Source: Octopus sinensis
Lineage: Eukaryota
Assembly (NCBI RefSeq): GCF_006345805.1
Contig: NC_043001.1
Location: forward strand, 107,260,001-107,324,000
DNA length: 64,000 nucleotides
Direction of reading: 5' to 3'
The notes under the pieces were generated by a model. The model saw only the letters and a program-made list of their open reading frames with translations. It did not search any database and was not told the DNA's origin. This document shows, piece by piece, positions 10,811 through 24,062 of this stretch (positions are counted from its first letter, which is position 1; each line of letters begins with the position of its first letter). A program made the position numbers and the translations under genes.

Positions 10811-11581
10811 CGCATTACATATATAAGGTATGTGGCCAAGTGGTTAGGTTATTGCATTCACGGAAGATCGATCACTGGCTCGATTCGCGGACAGGGCGGC
10901 ATGTTCTGTTCTTGGGCAACACATTTCATTTCGACTCAGTTATTCCCTGTGACGAAAAAGCTTTCTGATCAGTGGATATGTTGAGCTGCTCCCCTAGGTG
11001 GCGTCATTCGAAAGTTAAAACTATGTGAAAGGCATTGTGACTAGCTATGTATAACAACATCCGATAATCTGGTTGATGCGGTGATATGATGCATATATAA
11101 TACAACAATACTAGACAGACAGTAGTTTACAATGAAATGCGAAATGATAAGTTAATCTCGGTGGAATTTGAACTATGAATGAAATGATAGACGAAATGGC
11201 GCAAAGCATTTTCCCAGTGTGATAACAATTGAGGCAGCTCGACACCTTTCAAAGCAAAAATCAATATTAATTTATTCTGACCGTTGACAGGTACGATGTC
11301 AACTCTGGAGATCTTTTGAGGTTATTAAACTTTCTCAGACACGAAAAGACTTTCCTGTTACTTGCCAGACTAGGAACAAGAGAATCACTGTTTGCTTGCA
11401 TAATCACATACATCAGTTGCGATGACTGAATAATTTAAGGATTGAAAAGAAATAACTAAGGATGAAATCTGAACGTACATATGCATATTTGTGTGCTTAG
11501 TGTGCTCGTTATTCGTGTTTCAACCTAAAGAAGCAATTAGCTTGTTAAAATACTGGTGACCCAGTATCCTTTGTGCCAGGT

Positions 11582-11681
11582 NNNNNNNNNNNNNNNNNNN
11601 NNNNNNNNNNNNNNNNNNNNNNNNNNNNNNNNNNNNNNNNNNNNNNNNNNNNNNNNNNNNNNNNNNNNNNNNNNNNNNNNN
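11582..11681. other. Assembly gap (100 N)
   Basis: Run of N. Confidence 1.
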
Positions 11682-11721
11682 ATACATATATATATATATA
11701 TATAAACATATATGTATGTAA

Positions 11722-11754
<33 letters not shown>

Positions 11755-12068
11755 CTAGATGGGTCCCGTGCCGTCAAAAATGACGGCTAATAGTAGTATT
11801 TTATATATAAATAAGGTACAAAACCAAGATTTTGGTTTAATAATTCTTTTATTACTAAATGTTTTGTGAAAAATCTATCGGCAACTAACGTCCTTTGACT
11901 GCTTGTTTCCTTCAAAAGAATTTTCAAGTTTTCCTCCCTTCTTGTCCGACTTAAGGCCACATAAAACCGGCCGTAACTAAATACGGGAGCTGGTAAGTAA
12001 ATACCAAGTTCACAGAGTTGAAACGCTGTTTGATTTTTCTTTTCAGCATTGAATGTTAACCATTCCAT
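11755..12068 (-). mobile_element. Helitron 3' end with Pif1 helicase C-terminal remnant
   Basis: The ORF gives GIYLPAPVFSYGRFYVALSRT..NLKILL..TKHLVIKELL (Helitron helicase motif VI region). It is followed by the perfect hairpin GCCGTCA-TTTT-TGACGGC (11770-11787) and CTAG|T at 11755-11758. Confidence 0.88.
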
Positions 12069-12250
12069 TTACAGGGAAAAATTCAATTTAGAAATAATAA
12101 ATCAAAATTTCACAAAATAATATATATAATATATATATATATATATAATTAGAAACAAATCCACCTTATCTTTAATCTTTCTATAATATGTAATTTTCTA
12201 GATGGTATAATTAATTTTTCATTATTGAATTTATAAAAGGCGTTTTTTTC

Positions 12251-12295
<45 letters not shown>

Positions 12296-12512
12296 ATAAA
12301 TATAATATAATATATACTGTATATATATATAATATACATATGTATGTATGCACATAAATATATATATAATATACCAACTGAAGTTTACAGGGACTCGAAC
12401 CTCATGTCACTATGATCTTCAAGCAAGAACTATATGCATACAATCATGCATGCACATGTATGCAGATTTTCTGTAAACATATAAGTATGCTATTAAATGT
12501 GTGTATGTGATG

Positions 12513-12570
<58 letters not shown>

Positions 12571-13950
12571 CATATATATATATGCAAGTATACAAGCACA
12601 CACACACACACCCACACAACTCCGCCACTGTTTTTATAACCTTCTACAGTTTTCTTCACATCACCATGATGAAGACTCAACGTGGTCGATCGGCTTAAAA
12701 TAACATCGAAATTTACAGCAAATAACATTGTAACTGTCTTGTCAAAGGAAATATGGCGCTGGTTAATGCTATCCAGTAAAGCTCTAAAACAGGACGACCG
12801 CGGCTAGAATATGTGAGATTACAGGCCTGCTCAGCCATAGTGAATATGACAAGACCACAACCCAGTAATAATGTAGGGATTCCTAGTATATGCTATTGAC
12901 ATGTTTGAGGTGTACCAAAACCGTTTTTATGGCTTCTTTACTCGTAAGACTCTTCACTCACTTCAAGACAGAGAGCCTGTTGTTGATGGTGTTTAATCCG
13001 ATGTTAGCTCTAATCAAACGCATTCACGGATCAGAAGTTTTCCGACTCTAACCATTCCATTCTTCTTTCGAGCATTGCATAGCTGGAACTGTATTATCAA
13101 AAATGGCCATTCCGTTAGAAGACGATATAATGTTCTTCGGATTTATTTGGCTGTTATTTCTAGCGGGTTGAACCACTCCGAAAAAGGCCAAATATTTTCT
13201 TCCTGTGGGTTGTTGTTTAAGTCTAAGGCAGTCCTGACCAAGCTAACTTATGCGCAAAGACATTCCAACTGTGACCGTATGTAGGATTATATAGGACTAC
13301 ATTTGCCAGTGTATCATTTCCGTTTTCAAGATGTAAATCGAATGTGGTTTGAAGAACATCCACAGTTTGTTTCTAGCAGATCAAGTGACCACATAAAAAC
13401 TCTCCTCTTCTGGTAGTAGTTAGTGTCATACGTCCATTGGATCGCTTTAGTGGAACAGAGTAACCATCTAAGTTTGTCTGTTATCGCCTTGGGTCTCTGA
13501 AACTGGTTGATACTGTTATGGTCTTGTGGAACATTCGAGCCTGATTGGAAGGAAAAAGGAAGGGATATTCGATCCTAAGATTTTATCTGAGTGTTTGTAA
13601 TAGAGTGGATGACCCCCATTAAAGGTATCTAAGGTTTCTGGTGATGATGTTAAACCGGGTCACGGATTAAGTCTACCGTCTATCAGAATCACGGTGGGAT
13701 TTGAACTCAGAACGCGGGGAAGCCCAACAAATACTGTTCTAAACGTTCCGTCATTCAATCGCCCTAGACAAACACTTTATTTACCGACTTCAAAAAGATG
13801 AAAGGCAAAAATATATTGGGATTCAAGGACGTTAAAACACTAGAGAGGTTTACCATTGCCTGAACCTTGCCTTCTTATAGATGCAAAGCTAACATTTACG
13901 GCCGATGAGACCCTTATTAATTTTGTAGGTTACTTAGTTTTTAATGTTTT

Positions 13951-14315
13951 ACGACGACGAGGGTTCCAACTGATCCGTTCAACGGAACAGCCTGCTCGTG
14001 AAATTAACGTACAAGTGGCTGAGTACTCCACAGACACGTATACCGTTAACGTAGTTCTCGGGGAGATTCAGTGTGACACAGAGGGTGACAAGGCCGACCC
14101 TTTGAAATACAGATACAACAGAAACAGGAAGAAAGAGTGAGAGAAAGTTGTGGTGAGAGAGTACAGTAGGGTTCACCACAACCCACTGCCGGAGCCTCAT
14201 GGAGCTTTAGGTGTTTTCGCTCAGTAAACACTCACAATGCCCGGTCTGGGAATCGAAGCCGCAATCCTACGACCGCGAGTCCGCTGCCCTAACCATTGGA
14301 GCAATGCACCTCCAC
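13951..14315 (-). mobile_element. SINE family 3, full length
   Basis: Head GTGGAGGTGCATTG...GCAGCGGACTCGCGGTCG...TTCGATTCC, with the same tail as 10470. Confidence 0.85.
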
Positions 14316-14789
14316 AATATATGCTTATGAATAGATTGAATGAATGGCTTGGGACGTTTTTATAGTGAAACATATCTCTGAATAGGTGATGAAGTTTATT
14401 GATTTCAGATAGAAAATATTGTAGTAGAAATAATATTCAAGCGCCACCCAATGGCTTTCAGAGAACAATAGTGTAATACCGTTAGGTTTCCAGCTTATTA
14501 AATGTATTTCTAATTGTGCGTCTAATAAGAGATTGTCTGTGCCACTGAGGGCATATCAGATATCTCAATAAGTACCATTTTTTCAATGAAGTTCACGACG
14601 TGGCTGTATGATAAGAAGCTTGCTTCCGGGCCACATGGTTCCGGTTCAGTTCCACAGCATGGTACCTTGGGCATGCGCCTTCTACTATAGCCTTGGACCA
14701 ACCAGAGCTTTGCACGGAAACTGAAAGAAGATCGTCACCCGTTGTGTGTATATATATAAGGAGAATTCACAAAAAAAAAGACGAAGACA

Positions 14790-14885
14790 GGTTGTGGAGA
14801 CAACAAACATATATTAGTATAAGGCTCGGGAAGTGAAAAAGTCTTTAACGTTTCGAGCCTTTGCTCTTCCACAGAAAGGAACACG
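14790..14885 (-). mobile_element. Short Penelope-like non-autonomous repeat with degenerate hammerhead core
   Basis: Minus strand CTTT-CTGTGGA-AGAGC(AAAG)GCTC-GAAAC-GTT-AAAGAC. The same family occurs at about 41295-41400, 53520-53660 and 54860-54985. Confidence 0.6.
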
Positions 14886-14896
14886 GGTGTGTGTGC

Positions 14897-14943
<47 letters not shown>

Positions 14944-15498
14944 GTGTGTGTGTGTGTGTGTGCTTCTGTGTGTCCAACCACCACCGCTTGACGTCTGATA
15001 TTTGTATGTTTTCGTTCCCGTAACTTAGCAGTTCGGCTAAAAATAGGCTGATAGAATAAGTGTCAAGCTTAGGAAAACTAAGTTCTGTGGTCGAGTCATT
15101 CGACTAAAACCTCTTCAAGGCAGTGCCCCAGCATCGCTGCAGTCTAATGACTGAAACAAGTAACAGAAAATATCTCAAAGCAAGATAGATACCCATACAC
15201 GTATGATACCCATACACGTATGGCAAACATCAGGGCTAAATACCATCCCCTGTACTTCAATAGTACTTTATTTTATCGACTCCAGAACTATGAAAGGCAA
15301 AGTTGTGTCTGAAATCCAAATTTCAAACCCCGCCAAGATAATTTTTAGGGTCGATAAATTAAGTACCACTTGCGTATTGGAGTCGATCTAATCGACTGAG
15401 CCCCTCCCCCAAAAAGATAAAAGAAAGAACCATTTAAATACTGGAGTCGATATGCAGACATTTTAGCAAAAGTATGGATTATTTCGCTAAACATTATA

Positions 15499-15621
15499 CG
15501 AGGGGTGTATGAAAAGTCTTGAGCCTCAAAAAAATAAAACATGGTACAAGACTTCTGTTGAAGGTACAAGACTTTAAAGCTCAAAGGCCTTGAAGGCTCA
15601 GAACTTTTCATACACCCCTCG
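15499..15621. mobile_element. Mariner-type MITE
   Basis: TIRs CGAGGGGTGTATGAAAAGT..TGAGCCT / AGGCTCA..ACTTTTCATACACCCCTCG, with TA on both sides; 123 bp. Confidence 0.88.
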
Positions 15622-15782
15622 TAAGTAGTTCACGGTCGGATCAGTTTACGACTAGTGATAGCAAACTATCTATCCATTCATTCATCCGTCCGCCCGTCAG
15701 TCCGTCTTTTCATTCAGCCAATTGTCCGTTCGTCCTTCTGCTCATCTCTTCAATTCCATACAGATAACGGGATTATGAGTCG

Positions 15783-16052
15783 TGACGGCGCGTGGCTTCG
15801 TGGTTAGAGTATTCGGCTCATGGTTGTAAGATCGTGAGTGCGATTCTCGGTGACCCGTTTTGTCCTTGAGCAAGACATTTTTATTTGACGTTGCTCCAGT
15901 CCAATCAACGGGCGGGCCAGCCTTGTCACGCTGAATCTCCCTGAGAATCTATGTTCAGGGTACACGTGTTTGTAGGGTGCTCAGCCACTTCCACTTTAAT
16001 TTCACGAGCAAGCGCCACGTTGATCGGATCCACTGAAACACTTGTCGTCGTA
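15783..16052 (+). mobile_element. tRNA/CORE SINE family 4 carrying the family 3 tail
   Basis: Head GGCGCGTGGCTTCGTGGTTAG, CORE-like GTCCTTGAGCAAGACATTTT, and tail GTCACGCTGAATCTCCC...GTCGTCGT. Other copies are at about 19690-19965, 38113-38380 and 60251-60560 (minus). Confidence 0.7.
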
Positions 16053-16989
16053 TCCAACAGAGAGTTTTTCAGTTTGGCAGATACTGTTTGTAAACTCGAG
16101 TCTTTAGTAGAAGATGCTTGTTCAAGTCGTACCAAGTAGGAGAGTCGAGGCTAGAAACAGGGTCGTTGCCAAGTAAACGTCTTAACTACAGGGTCACATT
16201 TGCTCCCTTTGTTGACTTAATTCCCAATCAACAATTGAGTAGTAACTCAATACTAGGTCAATAATATAAGTGTTTATGGCATAACAGAACCAAAGCTACA
16301 AACGGGGAGACAGCACTAATGTCAAATTGCATTGTAAAACACTCAAGCAAGTTTTCTCTTGCAAAATATATCTTCCAATGCAAACCACCTTTCCTCAACA
16401 AACAACAAAAATCAATATCTTCTCTATTGTTAATATTCAATAAGTAGGATAGATGTTTATTAATTTATTTATCTTCTATATTCATTTATTTATCTATTCA
16501 CCTGTCCTAATTCCCTATGGAGAGAAAAAAATCTTGTTTGTTAAAATTATAAACGTTAATGGATTTTTTGCTAAAATATACTTCATCATATTTCTTTGAT
16601 ATTATGTTTGTTTTGTTTGCTTTGTATTTTATTTGGATCTTTGTTTGGTTGCTGGGCTGGGTGGTTGGTGGTTTTTGTTGGAAAAAAAAACACGGTTCAG
16701 GAAAAACCGGGATGGATGGAGTGGGGAAGGCTGTGCCGGGAAAGCAAATTTGTAGTGAGCTGTGGATGTGTATGATCCCTTTTCAATTCCCTTTGGACAA
16801 AGCAAAAATCATTTCACCTAAACCAAATAATAACATTCATGCAGAGTGCAGTGGATGCTGGAATCATTGGGGATGTACCAAATCCCTCGCGGCAATTTAT
16901 ACCTTTTTTTTTATATACCGAGTTAAAATCCCAATATTAAAGAACTGAGGGCGGTAAAATTACCGCATTTCCTGGTTCCCTTAAAATAA

Positions 16990-17397
16990 AGGCACAGGTG
17001 TGGCTGTGTAGTAAGAAGTTTCCTTGCCGACCACATGGCTCCGGGTTTTGTCCACTGCGTGGTTCATTTGGCTAATGTCTTTTACTATAACCACGAACCG
17101 GCCAAAGCCATGTGAGTGGATTTTGGTAGACGGAAACTGAAAGAAGCCCGTCATGTGTATGTATGTATATATATATGTATATAAGTGTGTTTGTGTGTGT
17201 GTCACCACCGCTTGATAGCTAGTTTTTTGTGTGTTTAATGCCCCGTTACTCAGCGGTTTGGCAAAAGATACAAAATAAGTAACAAGCTTAAAAAAATAAT
17301 AAGTACAAAGTCGATTCGATCGTCCAAAATTCTTCAAGGTGATGTCCCAGCATGGCCTCAGTTTAATGAATGAAACAAGTAAAAGATAAAAGATAAA
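16990..17397 (+). mobile_element. SINE family 1, full length
   Basis: Head AGGCACAGGTGTGGCTGTG and tail GAAACAAGTAAAAGATAAAAGATAAA. Confidence 0.8.
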
Positions 17398-19129
17398 TTT
17401 CGAAACTTTACCTAAAGGACGATGGCAACAATTTGTCAATTTTAATCTCAGGGAAGGGTTCACAAGAGATGTGAATTGGAGCCCCACCGTCTCCTTTTGT
17501 GTTTTTCTATCTAAAGGGCTTTTTTAATCAAATATTTTCACGCTTTTATTTAAGTTTCATCGGTTTCGATACCCACTATTTAAAAAAAAAAACAAAAAAA
17601 AAAGAATTTTTATTTTTCGAAATTTCTAAGTGATAATTAATATACGCATTTACAGGTTCGAAATTGGAGCATCCTTGACTCGGGAAAATATCGTATTTTA
17701 TCTCCATCCCCAAATGAGTATCTTTGTATCTCAGAAATCACTTAAGGACAGTGAAGTGTATGCATTTATTGTAAATGTGAGCATCTGTTCTAAATTAGAA
17801 ACAAAGATTAAGTTTACCATTTATTCTTCCAGAGTCGATAAAATAAATACCAAGTAATGTGGTTGATATAATGGATTGTCCCCTTCTAGTTTTGTGCTTG
17901 TATAAGAAATTATAATGAGTTCGCGAAGTGAAAGGAACAGATTGATGGAGAGAAGTTACTTTTGGGAAAATATTTACACTCAATTCTCCGTTTGGTGATA
18001 AAAATAAATACAATATTAGAAATAACCGCTTGTTATTTAGTCTCAACATTGTTGTTTAGTCTCAGATCGCCATCAGTGACCTTTCCATCTGTTTTTTTTT
18101 AACCTATACTATTAAAGATCATGCTGCTCTTCTCGCAAGCCGAGCGACCACATTGAGGCTCTCTTTATCTCGACAATCTACCTTTCTTTGACACTGCAGG
18201 AGAGAACTATAACGACAGTTGTAACTTCTAAGATATTTTGCAAAGAAAATTGCTTCAGCATAACCTCTGAAGTGTATTGGTAACATAGACTTTCCTAGAG
18301 AAAAATACATGATATGTTTACGACACACAATAAGGGAAACAGAAATTATCAAGTTCGTGATAAAAGGGAAGAAGCCACATCATTTTAGGTATCTTAAAAT
18401 ATACCATCTTTATATTTTGTGTTCTTTACGGAGAGAACAATAACATCTACAGTGGCAATCTCGGCATGGAGTGGCAAGGGTTTTGCCATAAAAACAATTC
18501 GAAAGCTAACAAAAAAAAAAGAAGGCAACAACTTTTGATATTGTATCGAAGCAGCAATTTTATATTTTTAAAATTTTATTTACATTGGTTTGGTCTTGGA
18601 GTAGAGAAAGGGGACTGTGTCCATGGCTTTCACAGATCATTTGAGAGCCGTGAGAATGTAGAGGCTAAGTTACTTTCAAATAGCTGCAAATGGACGACTG
18701 CAGGAAAAACATGTGCAGGTATTTCAGAGGTTTACGAGGTTACGGGATGTACATAATATGGGTGACGAGTGCAAAATACACAAGTGAATCAGGAATTCCG
18801 AGTTGGGGGTAGAGTGAGGCTTAGAGGACAAGAGGTCAGTGTAATAGACATTGAAAAAAATCAGAGACAGCAAATGTGCAGAAACTTGTTAGGATGTGTT
18901 AGCGAGTGATTCCTGACAATCAGCAGAGTAGGATTTTTTATGGTGTGGTGAAAAATGCTAAGCACTCACCAGCAACAGTAGAGACAGAAGCGGCAACTGC
19001 AGCACTCTGCGATTGTACAGTGCGATGGAATTCCAACCACGCTCCGTGGTTCGCTACTTCAACAGCTCCTTTATAGAAATTCAGTGGCTCAAGACATCAT
19101 CAGGAGGAACCACCTCCAGTTTCGGCCCC

Positions 19130-19445
19130 TAATGCTCTACCGTTTCGACGTGACGCCCCCCACCTCCCGTTCGAAGGTGTCTTCTGCTCATTTTCTTCGT
19201 TCTTCTTTTTCTCTTTTCTTGGCTGTTTCGATTCAACTGTAGAATGACCCTCGCTATGATTTCTGTCCAGGAGGTTCTGGCCACACGTCTTCTGGTTTTT
19301 TCAACCCGCGCTGTTGAATCACTTTCTTCAGACACACCTTCTCTTGGTGAATTCTCAGCCCGATGTAACATGAAAACAACTTTCCGTAGCAGCTGAATTC
19401 CTCATCTACCATTCCTCTATGGCTTCCTTTCTCGTTGTCCATTTT
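19130..19445 (-). pseudogene. Possible N-terminal zinc-finger remnant of an RLE-type (HERO/NeSL/R2-group) LINE
   Basis: ORF 19254..19442 gives FSCYGKLFSCYIGLRIHQEKVCLKK..EPPGQKS, which resembles the C-x-C-GK..GL(K/R)IHQ..(K)C N-terminus of these elements. This is recognition only. Confidence 0.4.
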
Positions 19446-20454
19446 AGTCCGGGTCCATACATTTTCCCGTTCCTGCTCGATCCTTTATTCTACCCCCATG
19501 ATCCGGGATCATAGGGCATGGTTCATCATGGTTACTTTGGGAACATTACTCAACTGCAGATATTTCCAGAACTTTGTAGAAACTAAATAACTGCAGTGAC
19601 GCCTGGTTTTAGAGAAGAAGACCAATCAATGCAGTGAAGTTTTGCCTATGATGAGCATGTGGATTCATCAGGGGACATCCTAATGATAGTGATGGCAAGT
19701 GACTTTATAGCTATGGCATTTGGTCCACGAGTATAAGGTTGTGAGTTCGATTCCCGGCAACGCGTTGTGTCCTGAAGCGAAACATATTTCATGTTGTCCC
19801 AGTTCACTAAGGTGGCAAAATGGTGGCTGAATCTATCTGAGAACTACATTAAGGGCACGCGTGTCTGTGGAGTGCTCAGCCACTTGCCCGTTTATTTCAG
19901 GAGCAAGGCGTTACGTTGATCCGATCAGCTGTAACGCTCGTGGTCGTAAGCGACGGAGTGCAAGTTAATGATAGCGAAGTAACCGAACTACGGCAATTCA
20001 TGAATACTTGATCGGGTGTCATTTTTCAAAAGGTGATAACAAATGGGCTATTACAGGCTATTGAGTATGAATAGCTACAACCAGGAACCGAACCAGCTTC
20101 CGGATTAACGGAAACATGCATATTTCTAAATGATGACAACGAAAGTTTCAGCATGCTTCGTTTTGTTGTTGCAGTTCGAGTGGCAGCGAAAGTTTGAGCA
20201 AAGCATAGATTGGTAGAATTTGTGGTAAATAGTAAACAACATACTGTTTTAACATTGGCTTTCTTCAATGTTCCAGCCTAGGTGGACATGCAGATTCCTT
20301 CGATAACGTAAAAGGTTTTCGTATGAATCGTCCTCCTTATAGTAAAGAGGGACTGAAAAAAATATTAGACGCATGTTGGGATAGTATATGGATGTCGAGT
20401 AGACGTGGAAACAAAGACTTCTTGAAAATGGTCAGAAAATTTCAAGTGCCTGAT

Positions 20455-20650
20455 GCATACGTACACATTGAGGCATACAAATGAACACATACACATACAT
20501 ACATACATACATACATACACACATACATACATGCATACATGCATACATACCTACATACATACATACATACATACATACATCATACATACATACATACATA
20601 CATACATACATACATACATACACACATATATACATGCATACTATATATAT

Positions 20651-20728
<78 letters not shown>

Positions 20729-20776
20729 TATATATATATATATAATATATATATACATATATATATATATACATAC

Positions 20777-20822
<46 letters not shown>

Positions 20823-20870
20823 GTATGTATAAACATATGTGCATACAGTTACAAGTATATATATATATAT
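20455..20870. repeat. Compound (TACA)n/(TA)n/(TATG)n microsatellite
   Basis: Directly visible. Confidence 0.95.
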
Positions 20871-21222
20871 GATGTGTTGTGAATTTATGGAAAGAAATCC
20901 CATAAAACTTAACAATTTGGTTAAAAATGGAGAAGAGATGTTAAAATATATAAGAGAATTTTAATTCATGCAGACGATCGTTTCGTACAGAGATATAAAA
21001 ATCATGCAAATTCATGGTTGAATTGAATTGATTAAATTAATTATATATCACTATACTCTTCAACCCTTATGAAAAAAAGCGATGTGAGTCCAGTTAGCTG
21101 TATATATATAAACTTTAAATTTAATTGTTTAATTGTTACAGTTGAAAAAGTGTCTATGACTGAAACCGGTACTGAAATGTTTTTTATAAAATTATTTTAG
21201 CATTTTCTATCTTGACTTTTTT

Positions 21223-21270
<48 letters not shown>

Positions 21271-21327
21271 TATATGCATGCAAACACATGCACACAAATG
21301 TATATATATATATATACAGCCACACAT

Positions 21328-21366
<39 letters not shown>

Positions 21367-21729
21367 ATATATACACCACACACAAGATTCAATATACAGT
21401 AGTTAACATTTCCCTTCCATTCCTTTTTCAGAGCTGTCGCTTCCACCACAACCTCTCCAATGGATTATTAAACCCACGCCGCCAGCGCCACCAGCACCCC
21501 TTGCTCTCCGTTGGCTTCCAACTCTCAGGAATACCCTGTTAGCAGGCCTGCTGCTCTATCGTTCATACAGCTAGGCAGGAGTAATATGAGCGATCATCCA
21601 AGTATAACTGGATAACTGAACGGGAATAGTCTCTCATCTTTTAATGATGATATTTTCTATGATATAGCCAACAAACAATACAAGCAATATATATATATAT
21701 ATACATGCTCTTTCTCTGTCCGTCTGCTT

Positions 21730-21777
<48 letters not shown>

Positions 21778-21893
21778 AAGCTAAAAGTGACTAGAAACTA
21801 GACGGAATCGTTTACCAGACTTGTCGCATTCGCAGTTACTTTCCTGCTCTGTCAGCACTGTTTAAGATTTATAAAGAATTTATATCCATATAA

Positions 21894-22298
21894 AGACGCA
21901 GGAGTGGCTGTGTGGTAAGTAGCTTGCTAACCAACCACCTGGTTCCAGGTTCAGTCCCACTGCGTGGCATCTTCGGCAAGTGTCTTCTGCTATAGCCCCG
22001 GGCCGACCAATGCCTTGTGAGTGGATTTGATAGACGGAAACTGAAAGAAGCCTGTCGTATATATGTATATATATATGTGCGTGTGTGTGTATGTCTGTGT
22101 TTGTCCCCCTAGCATTGCTTGACAACCGATTCTGGTGTGTTTACGTCCCCGTCACTTAGCGGTTCGGCAAAAGAGACCGATAGAATAAGTACTGGGCTTA
22201 CAAAGAATAAGTCCCGGGGTCGATTTGCTCGACTAAAGGCGGTGCACCAGCATGGCCGCAGTCAAATGACTGAAACAAGTAAAAGAGTAAAAGAGTAA
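21894..22298 (+). mobile_element. SINE family 1, full length, young-looking
   Basis: Complete head, CORE-like motif, internal (TA)/(TG) tract, and tail GGCGGTGCACCAGCATGGCCGCAGTCAAATGACTGAAACAAG(TAAAAGAG)2. Confidence 0.9.
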
Positions 22299-22609
22299 TA
22301 TAAATTTTAATTAATAGTAATTAAAAATAAATGTGTGCTTCTGACTGCAAAAGATCGTATGGCGATTATTGAGTGTAATTTGATTGTTACAGGTGGAAGT
22401 ATCTTCTCATTATTTATGCCATTATTTATTCATAAAAATTTAATTGATGACGTAAAATATGAAAGCAAGCTTATAAACTACAATAAGAACTACTAAATAA
22501 CATGTTCCTTCTTTGTTATAGATTATACGTCATTTCCTTTGAGCTATAAATATAATATATTGTTAAAAACTACCTATGTGGAAAAGCGCTCGGATGTGTT
22601 TCCTTAATT

Positions 22610-23337
22610 TCCACAACTGGAAATTTCCAGGATGGCGACAAAGTGCAGACGACTGGCTGGCTGGATCCTAAGAACATTCAGAACCAGAGATAAGGAAACC
22701 ATGATGGTCCTCTGGCGGACATTCGTCCTCAGCCGCCTGGATTACTGCTCACAGCTATGGTCACCCACCAGTGTGAAATTAACAGCGGACTTTGAAGCAA
22801 TCCAGAGAAGATTCGCAAAGAAGATCGTCTCTCTGCAACAGCTCAGCTACTGGGAAAGGTTGATACAGCTAAGACTCTACTCCCTGGAGAGAAGACGGGA
22901 GAGGTATGCAGTAATATAAATCTGGAAGATCCTGGAAGGAATTGTGCCAAATTTTGGCATTGAAAGCTACACCAATGCTAGAACGGGACGACACTGCATA
23001 GTGCCAAAGATCCCAGCAATGCTATCACGCTTCAGGACCAGTTACGGCAACAGCCTCGGTTTCAAGGGCCCACAGCGTTTTAATATTCTCTCAAAGAGTC
23101 TGAGGAACTTGCACAAAGTAGATGTAGGGGTTTTTAAATCAAAGCTGGACTTCTTCCTGTAGAGAGTCCCAGATGAACCTACCTCACGGCAAGAGGTGCA
23201 AATGAGGGTAGCTATATCAAACTCCATTCGTCATCACGTGCCACATATTAGAGGAGGCTCTTAGAAATAACAGTGTAGAACAAAACGGCGGTGCATCAGC
23301 ATGGCCACAGCTCTGAGCTGAAACCTAAAAAAAAAAA
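22610..23337 (+). mobile_element. CR1-group LINE, 3' remnant (post-RT region and 3' UTR)
   Basis: GWILRTFRTRDKETMMVLWRTFVLSRLDYCSQLWSP..EAIQRRF..LSYWERL..L.LYSLERRRERY..*IWKILEGIVPN..FKSKLD.FL..VPDEP, then a 3' stem-loop and an A-run. Confidence 0.85.
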
Positions 23338-23624
23338 CTGAGTTAAGTATGTGACTCCTTGGACAGATTTACTTTTTACTATATCTCCAATCCACAGTAA
23401 ACTTATGCAAATTTGAAAAACAAATCTCAGACTAAAGTTTAGTTATCCTTTCCGAATTGGAAACTATAAGTGACGTGGCTCTATTATGCCTGTTTGTTAT
23501 CTTTACTAGGTAATTTCTTTTTGAATGCAATTTTCGTCATGTGTGTAATTTTTTCCTGTGTAAGATCGATGCCTGTGCATCGACGCAGAAAATAAGAACA
23601 CACAAAAGACGAAACAAACAAAGC

Positions 23625-23637
23625 CTTAATATATATA

Positions 23638-23729
<92 letters not shown>

Positions 23730-23834
23730 ACTATATAAATATATGCATATATACATATATGTATGTATATATGCATATATTTATATATTTACATTATTAT
23801 ATGATCGAACGCCACGCATTCCGTTTCCAAGTAA

Positions 23835-23896
<62 letters not shown>

Positions 23897-23912
23897 CGTG
23901 TGTGTGTGTATG

Positions 23913-23952
<40 letters not shown>

Positions 23953-24062
23953 GTGTGTGTGTGTGTGTGTGTGTATGTGTGTGTGTGTGGTGTGTGTGTG
24001 AATATATGTATATGCATATACATGTATATATGTATGTATGTGTGTATGTGTGTGTGTGCGTA
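23625..24062. repeat. Compound (TA)n/(TG)n microsatellite
   Basis: Directly visible. Confidence 0.95.

Noticed and set aside
12700-13500. Non-repeat stretch with RLIRANIGLNTINNRL, faintly like an APE endonuclease start on the minus strand
   Set aside because: It is a single short resemblance with no other motifs.
16559-16948. 129-aa ORF with TM-like N-terminus
   Set aside because: The hydrophobicity comes from a T/G-rich low-complexity tract; there is no recognisable domain or splice support. A BLASTp hit or RNA coverage would reopen it.
20030-20440. Peptides CIFLNDDN and SFDNVKG..RPPYSKEGLKKILDACWDSI, faintly like a Tc1 transposase C-terminal half
   Set aside because: The similarity is too weak, there are many stops and no TIRs were found; it needs a profile-HMM search.
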